Both the position numbers and the translations under genes were made by a program. From the NCBI RefSeq assembly GCF_030028105.1, contig NC_092377.1, forward strand, positions 83,172,569 to 83,236,568: DNA of 64,000 bases. Reading direction: 5' to 3'. The notes under the pieces are model-generated. The model saw only the letters and a list, made by a program, of their open reading frames with translations, did not search any database and was not told the DNA's origin. How positions within the stretch are numbered: the stretch's first letter is position 1; every line of letters begins with the position of its first letter. This document shows positions 13,041 through 24,499 of the stretch, in pieces. Origin of the DNA: Mobula birostris. Its lineage: Eukaryota.

Positions 13041-13619
13041 TTTGAATTGGTTCCATGGTTTTCTTTGCTTCATGGCTACCTGTGGGAAGATGAACCTCAG
13101 GATTGTATACTGCACACATACTTTGATAATAAATGTAATTTTAATCTTTTTCAAATCTTTAAATTACTGAGCAGTCTTATATTGGAAATATCCACCACGT
13201 GGCTGGACATAAGTAAGAAAAAAATGCTTAAAAAACATAGTATGTTTTAGGTTTTACTTCTGGAGGTAAATTCCAAACACAAACTTTATCTCTTACTTTA
13301 ATGTCTTCACTTCCTGAATCTTCAGGGCTCTCCCCTTGTAAGGAGTCATATTTCAGAGGTCCCAAGAACTGTTCCTTTTTATACACATTGATACTGTTTT
13401 GTGTGGTGCTCTGCAGAAGCTAGAAGGGAAAGCACAGATGTTAAAACAAAGGACATGAGAGAAATTGTGACCAACTAAGATGGCACACTGCATAATTCTT
13501 TAAATGGACTTTAGTTATTTTCCTTTGGCAAACTACATCATATTTTATGTTTAGCAAATTTAATGAATCACAACATCAATCCATTGTGTTTAAGCAATGC
13601 ACTGTGTCTTGGCAAATCA

Positions 13620-13915
13620 CGGGTGGTGTAGTGGTAGTGCAACTAGTAGAGCCACTACTTCATAGCACCAGAAAAACAGGTTCAGTCCTTTCCATGGGTG
13701 TGGAATTTGCTGCCTAAACCATGTGAGTTTCTTCTAAATGTTCCAGTCTATTCTCAAATCTCAAAGATTTGAGGGTTGGAAGTTTAAGTGGAACTGTAAA
13801 TGTCCTTATGTGTAAGTGAACTAGTACAGAATTAACATAAAATAGGTGATTAATGGTCAATGTAGACTTTGTTGCCAAAGGATCAGTTTCTATACTGTAT
13901 TTCATTTTTACTCTA
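13620..13915 (+). mobile_element. Degenerate tRNA-derived V-SINE
   Basis: GGTGGTGTAGTGGTAG head; V-core remnant GTGAGTTTCTTC..TTCCAGT..CTCAAAGA. Confidence 0.55.
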
Positions 13916-14254
13916 TGGATATCAAAAAACATATGCAGTTAGTTACCAGAGCCCTCCTGTAATAAATTTGCCAAAACTGCCTCCTTCAATCACAGCACTT
14001 TCTAGGTTTACCCAACTGCACCTTTTATTTTCCATTAATAATAGCAAAGTCTCTGGATGAACAAGCTGCAACTCCTCAGAAATAATGGTGCCAAATTCTA
14101 ATTGCCATGTATTTGCTCTGCATTGTATGCTTTGCTATAGACTACATGTGGCACTGTAATCATATATTGCTCTCAATTCGTTGTGAGTTGCCTTATGCTT
14201 CTGCAGGAGACTCTAATTAATTTGCTGCAGGATCTGAGCAACAAATAACCTGTA

Positions 14255-15155
14255 AAAAGTTCAAAGTAAATTTATTATCAAAATATGTATACATTATACA
14301 ACCTTGAAACTTGTTTCCTTACAGGCAGGCATTAAACAAGAAACCCAAATGAACCCCTAGAAAAAACCCAACAAACACTCAATGTGCAAAGAGAGAGAGA
14401 AAAAAACAAGTCGCGCAAACAATGAAAGCAGGCAACTAGCACTTAGAACAAAAGTAAGTCACTCGGATGTGAAGCCCGGAGCAGCTGGAATGGATACGCA
14501 ACCTCACCCTCAATGCAGCACGTGGCAGAGTAAGTGTTGTGGGGCCGAGAGAAGCCAGAGCAGGCCCACAGTCTCAATGCAGCCAAGGGCAGCATAAACA
14601 TCACGGAGCAGTGACCAGAACCAACCCGCCCCTCACCTCTGTTACTGACACCCTTCTTTTTCAATCCATCTAGCCTGGCGTTTAAATCATCAAAACATCA
14701 GGTAGTTGCTTACTTTAGGACCCAGGACCTGTTGCTTCGACACACTCTGGGCCTGGACCCTGCTGCCACTTTGCAGCCCGTACCTGATCGGCCTGGCACT
14801 TAGATCAATCAAACCTCACTCCCTGTTTCCTCTGCTCTGACCTTTCTCCTCTTTGCACGCCCCAACTCCATCTAGAACATGCCTTGACCTCACTCTGACT
14901 CCATGTTGAATATGCCTCACCTTGCTCTGACTCCTCCTCGAACATGCTTCGACCTCCCTCCAACTATATCTCGCATTCGCACACCTCAATCCTTGACTTA
15001 GTCTCGGCATTGCATGCCTCCTTAATGTCCATGGTGATCATTTACCATAATTTTTTTTGAGAAAAAAGAGATATTAATAAATTATTTAGTTGTATTTCGT
15101 GCATTGGAACTGCTAGTAAGTTGTCAACTGCCTTCAGCAGCGTCATCTTAAATCA
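14255..15155 (-). mobile_element. Non-coding interspersed repeat (AAGATGGCG-type 5' end, LINE-type 3' end)
   Basis: Clearly similar to 30065-30865 at both ends (GC(G/C)CATCTTAAA; TTAGTTGTA; AACCTTG..ATT..CTTACAGGCAG). Confidence 0.6.
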
Positions 15156-15774
15156 GATATGAATTGTTTAATAAAATTCCAATGACCCACATACTTCCAG
15201 TGAGATTTTGCATGCTAAGCTGCCATCAGCCTATCAACCAAAAAAAATCCCTGTGCTTTTAACGGGAGGGCCCAGGATCTGTGTAAGTTGGATAGAAGAT
15301 GAGGATCTTCTTGACCAATCAGATTGAAGAGTCATAAGCAGTCTGATGGATCAACAATTCAATGCTTCTGCCTCAAAACTTTAATCCAGATTCAAGCTAG
15401 ATGTTGAGAGATGTTCACGTAGAGTTGGCACCTTCTCTGTATGCCCAGAGAGCTTTGGCATGCAGATTCCCACATCCCAAAGATGAGCAGGCAGGCTGAT
15501 TGACCACAGTAGATTAGCCTTTGTATAGAAAAAGGGAAAAATAAAATCAAGCAGGATTTGAGGGAGTTGTGAACTAGAATAAGTTGCAGAGGTACAAGGA
15601 TATCAGGAGAGTAGCCGATAACTGAAGGGATTGTTGAGTTAAATGAAAAGGATCCAATGAGCTGAATGTCTTCGTTTTTCAATCATATATAAGGTAAGTA
15701 AACAATTTGGACCAGAACCATGTCAGAAAATCCATTAGATGTCAAACCAGTACAAAAAAAAAAGAGGATTAAAC

Positions 15775-16140
15775 ATAAACATTCGGAGTAGTAGTATCCA
15801 TTCGGCCCTATGAGACAACTTCACTACTCAATATGAGCATGGCTGATTATTCTAAATTCAGTACCTTGTTCCTACTTTATCTCCACATCTCTTGACCTCT
15901 TATAGTGATTAGTCCTATATCAAAATCATTCTTAAGGATCAAAATCATTCTTAAGCAAATTTAATGACTTGGTTTCTTCTGCGGTAGGCAAATCCACAGG
16001 TCCACTGTTCTTTGGGGGGTTGAAATCTCTCCTGATCTCATTGCTTACCTCATACCCTTTGCCTGTGACATCTGGTTCTGGACTTCCCCATCTTACCTGC
16101 ATATTGTCTTTCCAATCCCATTTAGGTTTTTCTATGTTTC
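15775..16140 (-). mobile_element. CR1 3' fragment
   Basis: Decayed copy of the 10250-10640 CR1 3' end; contains a 19-bp tandem duplication at 15919-15956. Confidence 0.6.
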
Positions 16141-16214
16141 AAAGATGTTGCCACCCAATTAAGAAAAAAATGAAAATTATTAATATTGATTTAAAGAAGT
16201 AAGAGCAAGAGCTA

Positions 16215-16915
16215 CAAAATAAAGGGGAAGTTATTTTCATTTTCTGCTGTTTCTACCATCTTTAAAGAGATTGCACTACCAGGTACTTCTTGCCCTGTCC
16301 TCCCCATACAGAAGATCTTTGGTACTCTTTCTCTTACAACTCCTTGGTCCATTTTTCCATTCCCACCAACCACTCCCCTATTGGCACTTCCCCCTTGCAA
16401 CCACAGGTGATGCAACATTTATCCTTTCATCTCTTCCCTTGCCACTATCCAGTTCTTTTCATTTGGAGTAGTGATTAATTAGCAACTCTTCCAATCTAAA
16501 GTACTGTGTTTGATGTTTGCAAAGTGGAAACCAACACAGATGGTGTGACCACTTTACAGAGCACATGTGTTCAGTCCACAGGGGTGGCCCTCAGTTTCTT
16601 TGCTATCCTGGTGCAGTGTCCCAACCCAAAACATTGATCATCCCTTTGTCTCCATGTATGCTGCTTGACCCTTGAATTTCTCTAGCAGTTTTTTTTTGCC
16701 TTAGATTCCAACATATGCAGTCTCTTGTGTCTCCTGAACTTCCAGTTGCCTGCCAGTTTAATTCTGCATCACACTCCTACTTGGATCTATTTGTGCATGG
16801 CTTCCTGTGCTGTTCGATGGGGCGCAGTGCAAACGTGAGGAACAGCATCTCATCTTCTGTCTGGGTACATTGCAGCTTTCTTGACAGAATTGAATTCCAA
16901 ATATTCATGTAACTT
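16215..16915 (+). mobile_element. Penelope GIY-YIG and terminal-repeat fragments
   Basis: ELPVACQFNSASHS...EEQHL-like segment, homologous to 4880-5300 in the opposite orientation. Confidence 0.6.
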
Positions 16916-17147
16916 GTCTGTACGATTGTCCATCTATCATATTGGTTCAATTTGACCTCTCTGCATTTTGTATCTCCAGCATTCTTTCACCTATGTTCTC
17001 GCTCTTGCTCTTGCTTTGTTCCCATTAACTTATTGACCAGATAACTTTGTTTACTCTGGCCACCCCAGCTTTACTCTATCATTGATATTCTCCATCTCCC
17101 ACCTTCACAAAATCTACCAAACTTCTTTATGTCTCCTTCCCAGCCCT

Positions 17148-17635
17148 GAGTTATAGCGAAAGGGTGAATAGGTTAGAATTTTATTCCCTGGAATGCAGGA
17201 GAATGAGGAACGGTCTTTCAGAGTGGGAGTTTCCAACCATTTTATGCCATGGACCCCTACCATTATCCACTGGGTCAGTGGACTCCAGGTTGAGAACCCC
17301 TGTTTTAGAGATATGCAAAATTCTGAGGGGTATAGATATGGTGAATGTAATGTAGGACTTTTCCCCCTTCAGGCTGGGTGAGATAAGGGGTAGATGTCAT
17401 AGGTTTAGGTGAACTATTTATTGGGGATCTGAGGAGGAAATGCTTCACTCAGAGGATGGAGTGAGCAGTCAGCTGAAGAGATAGATTTGGGTTCAATTAT
17501 AACATTTAAGAGAAGTTTGGATAGGTGAGCAGATAGAAGGTACAGGTAGACAGGGCTAGGCAGAAGACCTGTAAGGCATAGACTAGATGGGCCGAAGAGC
17601 CTGTTTCTGTATTGTAGTTCTTTATGACTCTATGA
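17148..17635 (+). mobile_element. CR1 3' fragment carrying a nested hAT MITE
   Basis: NRLEFYSLECRRMR...EICKILRGID, interrupted by a 79-bp insert; (GACTCTAT) tail. Confidence 0.7.
17224..17302. mobile_element. hAT (Charlie-like) MITE
   Basis: Imperfect 15-bp TIRs TGGGAGTTTCCAACC / GGTTGAGAACCCCTG; near-identical 8-bp flanks TTTCAGAG / TTTTAGAG. Confidence 0.7.
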
Positions 17636-18974
17636 CCTGACAGATTAACTCTGCTTATCTTCCTAGTGATGTAGTTTCACTTGCAGAGCAAATCCAGCAT
17701 TTTCTGCTTTTATTTTGCATGCATATACTTGGTGAAACCTGCTGTCTGATTTGCACGTAACGTTTAATCTCTCCACTCAGAAAAACATGTCCCTATATAC
17801 CGTAGCTCACTCTCAGCAATTTCATACCCTTCCCACAAGGTCACATTGAAAGCTCATTGCCATAATTTACCCTTCCATTGGTTACATCCGATTTGATTCT
17901 GCTCTCAGGGAAGAATTAAAGTTGTCCCACCATATGCTTTCAGTAGCGTGTGGGAAAATATATCTTTATTAATCAGAAGTTCTTGTACGTTTCAGACAAT
18001 AAACAACAGTAAAATAGTATGGAGACGCAAGAGACTGCAAACGCCATATGGTGCAGCAAATCGAAAACCTGCAGGGACTCGGCAGGTTGCGATGCCTGAC
18101 CTTCTGAATTCCTTTGGCTTTTTGTGTGTTGTATTAAAATAGTATGTGCCTGTTATGAACCTTCGGTTACTTTTTAACTATACTCTAGGTAGCTTTTAAC
18201 CAGTCATTTTATAAATAAACTATTGAACCACGACACTATATGAAGTTGTGGTTCCCAGGATACATATAGTTTTATTTTGGATGACATGGGAATAGCACGT
18301 ATTATTTCTGAGGCGCCATAGAAACACCAAAGTGTGGAATTTCACATGCTTGCCTTTGGAATGCGTGCAAACCCTAACAGCAGCAACCTTCGAAGCGATT
18401 AAATCCATTGGGGTGGGGGGGGGGAGCCCGATTTTGTTTTGAAAAAGGAACTATTAAGTTCTCCTGGTTCGAAAGCGTACTTAATATCTGTAAGTAAAAA
18501 ATAGACGTCCAATTAAAAAGTTTAAGTTCCCATTGGAGGGCCGGATGGTCTCACGAGCACAGCTGCTTTGGCTCGGTGTGATTTGAAATGTACCATTCCC
18601 ACGACCTCACTGATTAAGATCGCAGGAGAAGCGGGGATGGGGGTGAGCTTCGGGGACCGCTTCCATAAAGCTGCCTTTCCCACTCCCACGTTTACAGGAT
18701 AGGCTTTATTTTAATCCCCACAGCTAACTGCTTTACATGTTTGTGCTCTGACCTTTGCACTCATATTAACCTGGGCGCACGGTGGCTGTGTCTGCGACTA
18801 ACTTTATGCGGCTTATTCTAAATCAAGGATCACAGGATGTCAAAATGTTAAAATCAATGGACAGAAGACATCGCCCATCTGGTGGGCTGTGATGGGATAA
18901 TAGATTAAACATACTTTACTTCTACTAAGTATATCTTCACTGTTCTAAAGTTGGAATGCTAAGGATAGAGGAAT

Positions 18975-19100
18975 GTTGACTTTATAAATCCCAAGCGACT
19001 CCTTCGCCGCTTCCGCCAGATTCCTTGCTGGAACCGTGGGATAATCGCATGTAGAAATCCACGGAATATCGGGAGCGAGAGATGTGTGGAAGTATACTGC
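18975..19100 (+). promoter_or_regulatory. Candidate CD93 core promoter
   Basis: TATAAA at 18983-18988, ~200 bp upstream of the ATG, where CpG-rich sequence begins; ETS core GGAAGT at 19088. Confidence 0.4.
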
Positions 19101-19185
19101 TCCACGCTCTCGGGCCAGTTGCCTGAGGTGCCGGCGTGTTGGCCACCTGGCCACCTGTGACCCACAAGGGACTCTGCCTCAGAGG

Positions 19186-20973
19186 ATGTTCCTGCTGCTG
19201 ATGAACAGCTTGCTCTCGGCGGTCACGGCTCGCCCATCGGTGCCCTCGGACACCGTGTGCGGCAGTAATGCTTGTTACACCGCACACCTGGACAGAAAGC
19301 CCTTCCACCAGGCCCTAGAAAGGTGCAAAGCCAACGGGGGTAGCCTGGCGACGGCCAAGAACGCCGAGGAAGCGCTGCTGATCCACAAGCTGCTGGCCGG
19401 ATTCTCCGCCGGACAGCGGCCGAAGAGCAAGTTTTGGCTCGGACTCCAGCTGCCCCCGAGGCATTGCTACCAGCAGCACAAACCGCTGAGGGGCTTCATC
19501 TGGACCTCGGGAGGAGAAGAGACCACCTACTCCAACTGGGCCAGGGAGCCCCGGAGTACCTGCACCGCGCACAGATGCGTTCACATCATCTCCAGCTCCG
19601 GGAGCAGCCTCAGCGCGGCCGGAGGCAACTACAAGTGGCATGACGGCGCGTGCAGACACGGCGTGGACGGCTACCTTTGCAAGTTCAGCTTTAAAGGTAT
19701 GTGCCCTCAGATCACCCTGAGCGGCCCGGGTTCGGCCACCTACACTACCCCTTTCGACGCCGAGAGTTCCTCCTTGACCCACGTCCCGTTCGGTTCCATT
19801 GCAGTCGTGTCCTGCGAAGGGGGCTCTCCTGCAGCCGACTATATGCTGTGCAAGGAACGAGACCCGGGGCAGTATGGATGGTCGAGCGATGGACCCTTCT
19901 GCACCCCTCCATCTGGCTGCGACCTTGATAATGGGGGCTGCACACAGATTTGCGTAAGCGCCGGAGGCGGGGGAGGATTCCGGTGTCAGTGCGAACCTGG
20001 GTACCAACTGCGCGGGGATCAGCGCTCCTGCGAGCCTTGGGACTACTGCCAGGACCAGCCGTGTGAATACAGATGTGTCAGCCATTTTCAGGGTTTCGAG
20101 TGTCTGTGCCCCGTGGGCTACCAGCTCGCGGAAAACGGGAGCAGCTGCGATGACACGGACGAATGCGCGCAGAGGCCATGCGCCCAGATATGTATCAATA
20201 CGCTGGGGAGCTTTCGCTGCGATTGCACCCAGGGTTACGCGCTGATTGACAGCCAGTGCAGAGATCTGGATGAATGCTTTGGCCATCCCTGTGACCACAT
20301 CTGCCAGAACACCGTCGGCTCGTACAGGTGCTTTTGCAGAGCAGGCTACCGACTCCAAGAGACCTTCTGCGTGGACATTGACGAGTGCACAACACACCCC
20401 TGTCAGGGGACCTGCTCCAACAGCGAAGGCAGCTTCCAGTGTTCCTGCAGCCAAGGCTACGAGCTCGCGGAGGATGGAGAAAGTTGCATTCCGGCAGATG
20501 TGACCACCTTGCTCACCTCCACTGCCCAGCGCTGGGACACTACGGCGGGAGAGTGGGATCCCACTACACCGGGCGCACTGAGGGAACTCAGCTCTGATTG
20601 GGAAACGTCCTCCGTCTCATTAGTGGGTCCGTTCACCAAGATGGGTGCGGCGGCGGAGAGCACCACTGTAGACTGGACCCCCGTTCCTTCGCCTACAACA
20701 GCGCAACTCTCCGAGAAGCACGGCCCTGCCAGTCTGTCGTGGGTGCTGATGGGCGCTCTGGGCTCCGTGGCTGCGCTGCTGCTCGTCCTGTGTGTGGTGG
20801 GTTTCATCATCTGCCTTCGCAACCGGTCGCCCAAAGAGAAGGGCAGCAACGCCGGAGATTACTACAGCTGGGTGCAGTCAACGGAGCAATCCCCATTCAG
20901 GGCCTCCTATGTCAGGTGCAGCCGTTCAAGCGATAATTACATCGAGATTGAAGCCAGCCAAACCGAGGTATAA
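19186..20973 (+). CDS. CD93: CD93 (C1qRp), group XIV C-type lectin type I membrane protein, ~595 aa
   Basis: The first in-frame ATG (19186) gives a signal peptide, MFLLLMNSLLSAVTA. It is followed by a CTLD (FWLGLQL, YSNW, WHDG), a sushi-like domain (YTTPF...VPFGS), five EGF repeats (three cbEGF: DTDEC, DLDEC, DIDEC), a Ser/Thr-rich stalk and a TM helix. The tail has NAGDYYSWV, resembling the NAADSYSWV of human CD93. Adjacent to THBD. Confidence 0.93.
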   Translation: MFLLLMNSLLSAVTARPSVPSDTVCGSNACYTAHLDRKPFHQALERCKANGGSLATAKNAEEALLIHKLLAGFSAGQRPKSKFWLGLQLPPRHCYQQHKPLRGFIWTSGGEETTYSNWAREPRSTCTAHRCVHIISSSGSSLSAAGGNYKWHDGACRHGVDGYLCKFSFKGMCPQITLSGPGSATYTTPFDAESSSLTHVPFGSIAVVSCEGGSPAADYMLCKERDPGQYGWSSDGPFCTPPSGCDLDNGGCTQICVSAGGGGGFRCQCEPGYQLRGDQRSCEPWDYCQDQPCEYRCVSHFQGFECLCPVGYQLAENGSSCDDTDECAQRPCAQICINTLGSFRCDCTQGYALIDSQCRDLDECFGHPCDHICQNTVGSYRCFCRAGYRLQETFCVDIDECTTHPCQGTCSNSEGSFQCSCSQGYELAEDGESCIPADVTTLLTSTAQRWDTTAGEWDPTTPGALRELSSDWETSSVSLVGPFTKMGAAAESTTVDWTPVPSPTTAQLSEKHGPASLSWVLMGALGSVAALLLVLCVVGFIICLRNRSPKEKGSNAGDYYSWVQSTEQSPFRASYVRCSRSSDNYIEIEASQTEV

Positions 20974-21105
20974 ACACACGATATGAACAAACTATTGTGC
21001 CACGCAACTTTACAGCTGCACACGCTGTGACAAGCTTTCGCGCTCCTGTGCAACTTCAGAAAGAAATGACAAGACAAAAAAAAAACGCAGACGCAGAGAT
21101 TCTGA

Positions 21106-21111
21106 AATAAA
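21106..21111 (+). terminator. Proximal poly(A) signal candidate, CD93
   Basis: AATAAA ~130 nt after the stop codon. Confidence 0.35.
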
Positions 21112-21329
21112 GACATATGAACGGGCACGGACTTGAAATATTAACTCTGTTTATCTCTCCACGGCTGCTGCCTGTCCTGCTGAGTAGTCAGCACACTTCT
21201 GTACCATACAGGTGGTGGGCACTCGGCCCGTCAATCTGACAGCAGCAGCTCTCAGAACACATAAATTAATCCCATTCCTACATTTATCTCCCTCTAGCCT
21301 GTCTTGATGACATGCCTATCGGCTTTTTC

Positions 21330-21640
21330 ATTTCATTCGAGGGATGTGGGTTTTGCAGGCCAAGCCAGCGTTTAGTTGCCCATCTCTAGATTGCCCTTGA
21401 GCAGGTGGTGGTGAGCTGCCTTCCTGAACGCCGCAGTCCATGGGGTGTGGGTTCACTCACAATGCAGTCACGGGGGGGGGGGGGGGGGAATTCTAGGGTT
21501 GTGACCCAGCAATGATGAAAGAACTGTGATGTATCTCCAAGTCCAGCTTGGTCGCATAGCAGCTCCCAGGTGATGAAGGCTTCTGCCTTTGCTACCCTTG
21601 CCTTTCTAGCTAAGGGTTTGGAAGATGCTGTTAAAAGAGT
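21330..21640 (-). mobile_element. CR1/L2-type LINE 3' fragment downstream of CD93
   Basis: GGGATGTGGG...TTGCCCATC..TTGCCCTTGAG.AGGTGGTGGTGAGCTGCCTT matches a recalled elasmobranch LINE end; includes a poly-G run at 21472-21488. Confidence 0.55.
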
Positions 21641-22294
21641 CTTTGGAATTTTCCACTCTCTACATTGGAGCAAATTGTAGTAACTAGTTAGCCCATCAAC
21701 ACTTGTTTGAGGTGTGCAGATAAGCCGGACTTTGTCAAGAAATCCCATGAGGTCACGGGCAGAGCACGTAAACCCCACACAAATAGCACATTGCCATAAA
21801 AAAAAACATAACATGCATTACTAATGGACCTCAAATCATTTTATTTTTGAAAACTGTGAGGTGTGAGTAGTCCTGCTCCTTCTGCCCCCATCAGTCCAGC
21901 AATAATTTCTTTTGACTAGTATCAGATCATTGCATAGGTTTATATAGGCCTCCAAAGGGCAACATTTATTTTCTTGGATATTCTTTTGTTGGGCAACTGG
22001 CTTAAAACTTTATGCTCAGCTTTGGCGACACTGCCTGGCTTTTTAGCCTGCCTATAGTCTTTGACTCACTCACAAATGCAGTGCAGATATTGGAAATATT
22101 TTTTACATAACAAGGTGGTATTTCACCAAGTTCCTTAGCATTGAAACAGATATTATTGGGCATGGAACTGTTACTTCAAAGATTCTCATCAAATGTACAA
22201 ATTTAGATTTTTTTTCTGAATTGAAAATTGATTTAATATAATTTATATGATTACAATAATTTAACAATTGAATTTTTATATCTTTCCTGACTTG

Positions 22295-22640
22295 GGTGTC
22301 TCAGAAACTCTTTTACAGTTAAGTACTTTTTAAATGTGGTCACTATTGCCATTGTGAAACTTGGGTGCTAGTTTGCAGAGTGCGCCCTAACAAGTAAGAA
22401 GGTGATATGGGTGCGGTAACCTATTATGTACATTTTAATGTTGATTAAGGGATTAATAATGGCCAGAGGCAGCAGGGATAACTCTTCTTTATTGAGTAAT
22501 GTCATGGGTAATTTATTGTCCTGAGAGAAATAAACCACCTCAATTTAATGTCAAGATGGCACTTTTGAGAGTTAAATTCTCCTGTACTTGAGTTTCAACT
22601 TGGATTATTTTTCTTGCGTCTCTGGAATGGTACAAAAGCA
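22295..22640 (-). mobile_element. Ancient Deu-domain SINE (SacSINE1/AmnSINE-like)
   Basis: AAGTACTTTT..TGTGGTCACTATTG, GTTGATTAAGGGATTAATAATGGCCAG, GTCATGGG and TCTCTGGAATGG follow the recalled Deu-SINE consensus in reverse. Confidence 0.55.
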
Positions 22641-23249
22641 ACAAATCTTTTATAAATTTTTTTTGGGCTATACATAGGGTGGAGAATCACAGCCACAGGA
22701 AAGTTTAGTCTAAAACTCGAGGACATCAGTCTAAGGAGACAAGAAATATTTAAGAGGGACCTGAGGGGCTAGATGTTCACGGAGAGGGTAGTGGATACTT
22801 GAAATAAGCTGTCCAGGGTAGAGACAGATACAATTATAATATTTGGACAGGTACATTAATGGAAAGATTTAGAGGGATAATGGGTAATACACAGGGAAAA
22901 AGAATGTGTGTATATTATTCTTGTTTAGCATGGATGAGATGAACTGAAGTGTCAGTTTTTGTGCTATATAAATACAGTGTATGAATCTATATTGTGCAAG
23001 TACCATAAATGTCTATTTCATAGGCAACCTGTGTGTAATTATTCACGTTCAATGAAAGACTGGCAGAAACAAAAATGATACCTTGACAATTTAACATTTA
23101 CTATCTATCTTACATACACATTCTGGTGGATGTGAAGCAGACCAATACTTCCTGAATATCTTCTTAGATTCATACCCCCAGGAAATTTAGGCTTTTATAT
23201 ACATGTTCCCTGAGTTTTAACCCTTTTTGTATCAACACTGTTATAGATC

Positions 23250-23520
23250 AGAGCTTGGAGTTTGGAGTTAGGAGTCAAACTCCAGTGTCCTTTGTGAGGA
23301 GTTTGTATGTCCTCCTTGTGGAAAGTGTGGGTTTTCCCTGGGTGCTCCAGTTTCCTCCCACAGTCCAAAGACGTACCAGGTAGGTTACTTGGTCATTGTA
23401 AATTGTCCCGTGAGTAGGCTAGGGTTAAATTAAGTTTGTCAGGGGATTGCTGGGATGGTGTGGATCGAAGGGTCAGAAGTGCCTACTCCATGCTGTATTG
23501 CAAAAAAAAATAAATAATAG
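23250..23520 (+). mobile_element. V-SINE
   Basis: GTGTGGGTTTTCCCTGGGTGCTCCAGTTTCCTCCCACAGTCCAAAGACGT core; A-rich tail. Confidence 0.8.
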
Positions 23521-24051
23521 GATTTCCTTATTAATTCCAACTGCTTGCAGTCTGGATATACGTGTGAACAAAATTGGGCCTATTATTCCCCCCCACCCAC
23601 CCTGCATCTAATCACCAAAATGAAGCTGCAGTAAGTCATTCAGGCTTCTTATAAATCACTTCACCAAGGACAGAAAGGAAAACACTCTACATTGGTTGAA
23701 AATGTGGACCAACTTTATGAGAAATCAACAAATCTTGGAAATGCAACTATTGGAATTAAGCTCCTTTAATTGTTTGTGTCAATTGTCTGCAGTCCACTTC
23801 ACTGTGAGGTTTGTCTTGACAGGCTGCAGGCGTAACTCAGGAAAGATATCCAAGTCTATTACGTATGTCTCAGCAAATATTGCTGAAAGATTGATAAAAG
23901 CGGGAACAACATGTTGTTTATTATGCACACAGCCTGCAGGCATACTTGGGAAAAAATTAACATGCAATATTTATGAATTTTCTCAAATGGGGTTGTTGAT
24001 GACACAGGGAAAAACCATGCTGTGTAAATTGCCTTGATACATTGTTGTAAC

Positions 24052-24090
24052 TATTTATTTAATAAAAGTTGGTTAAAGCTGTATTTATTC
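24052..24090 (+). terminator. Distal poly(A) signal candidate, CD93 long 3' UTR
   Basis: TATTTATTT directly before AATAAA (24061-24066), with a U-rich downstream tract, in non-repeat sequence. Confidence 0.4.
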
Positions 24091-24499
24091 TATGTTCTAC
24101 AATGATTTCAGACACAAAATGGAAATAATAAAAACAAAAAAAAATCAATGTATGAATAATTCATAGACAAGCAAATGCAGATGTTGAGCTTGCTGGGACT
24201 TTGCAGTGTGTTTTCTTATAAAACAGTTTAATGTGAAGTTATGGATCAGACCGACAACCATGATTCCTGGTTTGTACTGAGATATTTGATCTTGACTGGC
24301 TTAGCGGCTGCAATAGCTCTCAGAAAATAGTGAATACTTGAAGAAATAGATAGAGCATGCACCCACTCATCTTGTTCATGATCGCTGTTGGGCTACTTCT
24401 ACTAAAGAGATTGATGTATTTATGCTAAGGATTGGAATAGACTCACAATGGCCCCATTTGTGACAGGGCAGCCCCATAATGAAGCGTATTTGAATGAAT

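Noticed and set aside
4876-13154. RT and nuclease ORFs as a novel retron- or defence-like system
   Set aside because: They are ordinary broken eukaryotic Penelope and CR1 retroelements.
15919-15956. 19-bp tandem duplication
   Set aside because: Local slippage inside a decayed CR1 fragment; no functional evidence.
19084-19185. 34-aa N-terminal extension of CD93 in the ORF track
   Set aside because: It starts at GTG and would precede the signal peptide; ATG 19186 gives a normal N-terminus.
19315-20454. 379-aa antisense ORF, plus other overlapping ORFs within CD93, THBD and SSTR4
   Set aside because: Shadow frames caused by GC-rich codon usage; no recognisable domains and mostly non-ATG starts.
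19186-20973. Assignment as CD248 or CLEC14A
   Set aside because: Five EGF domains and the DYYSWV tail match CD93; CD248 has three EGF domains and CLEC14A has one.
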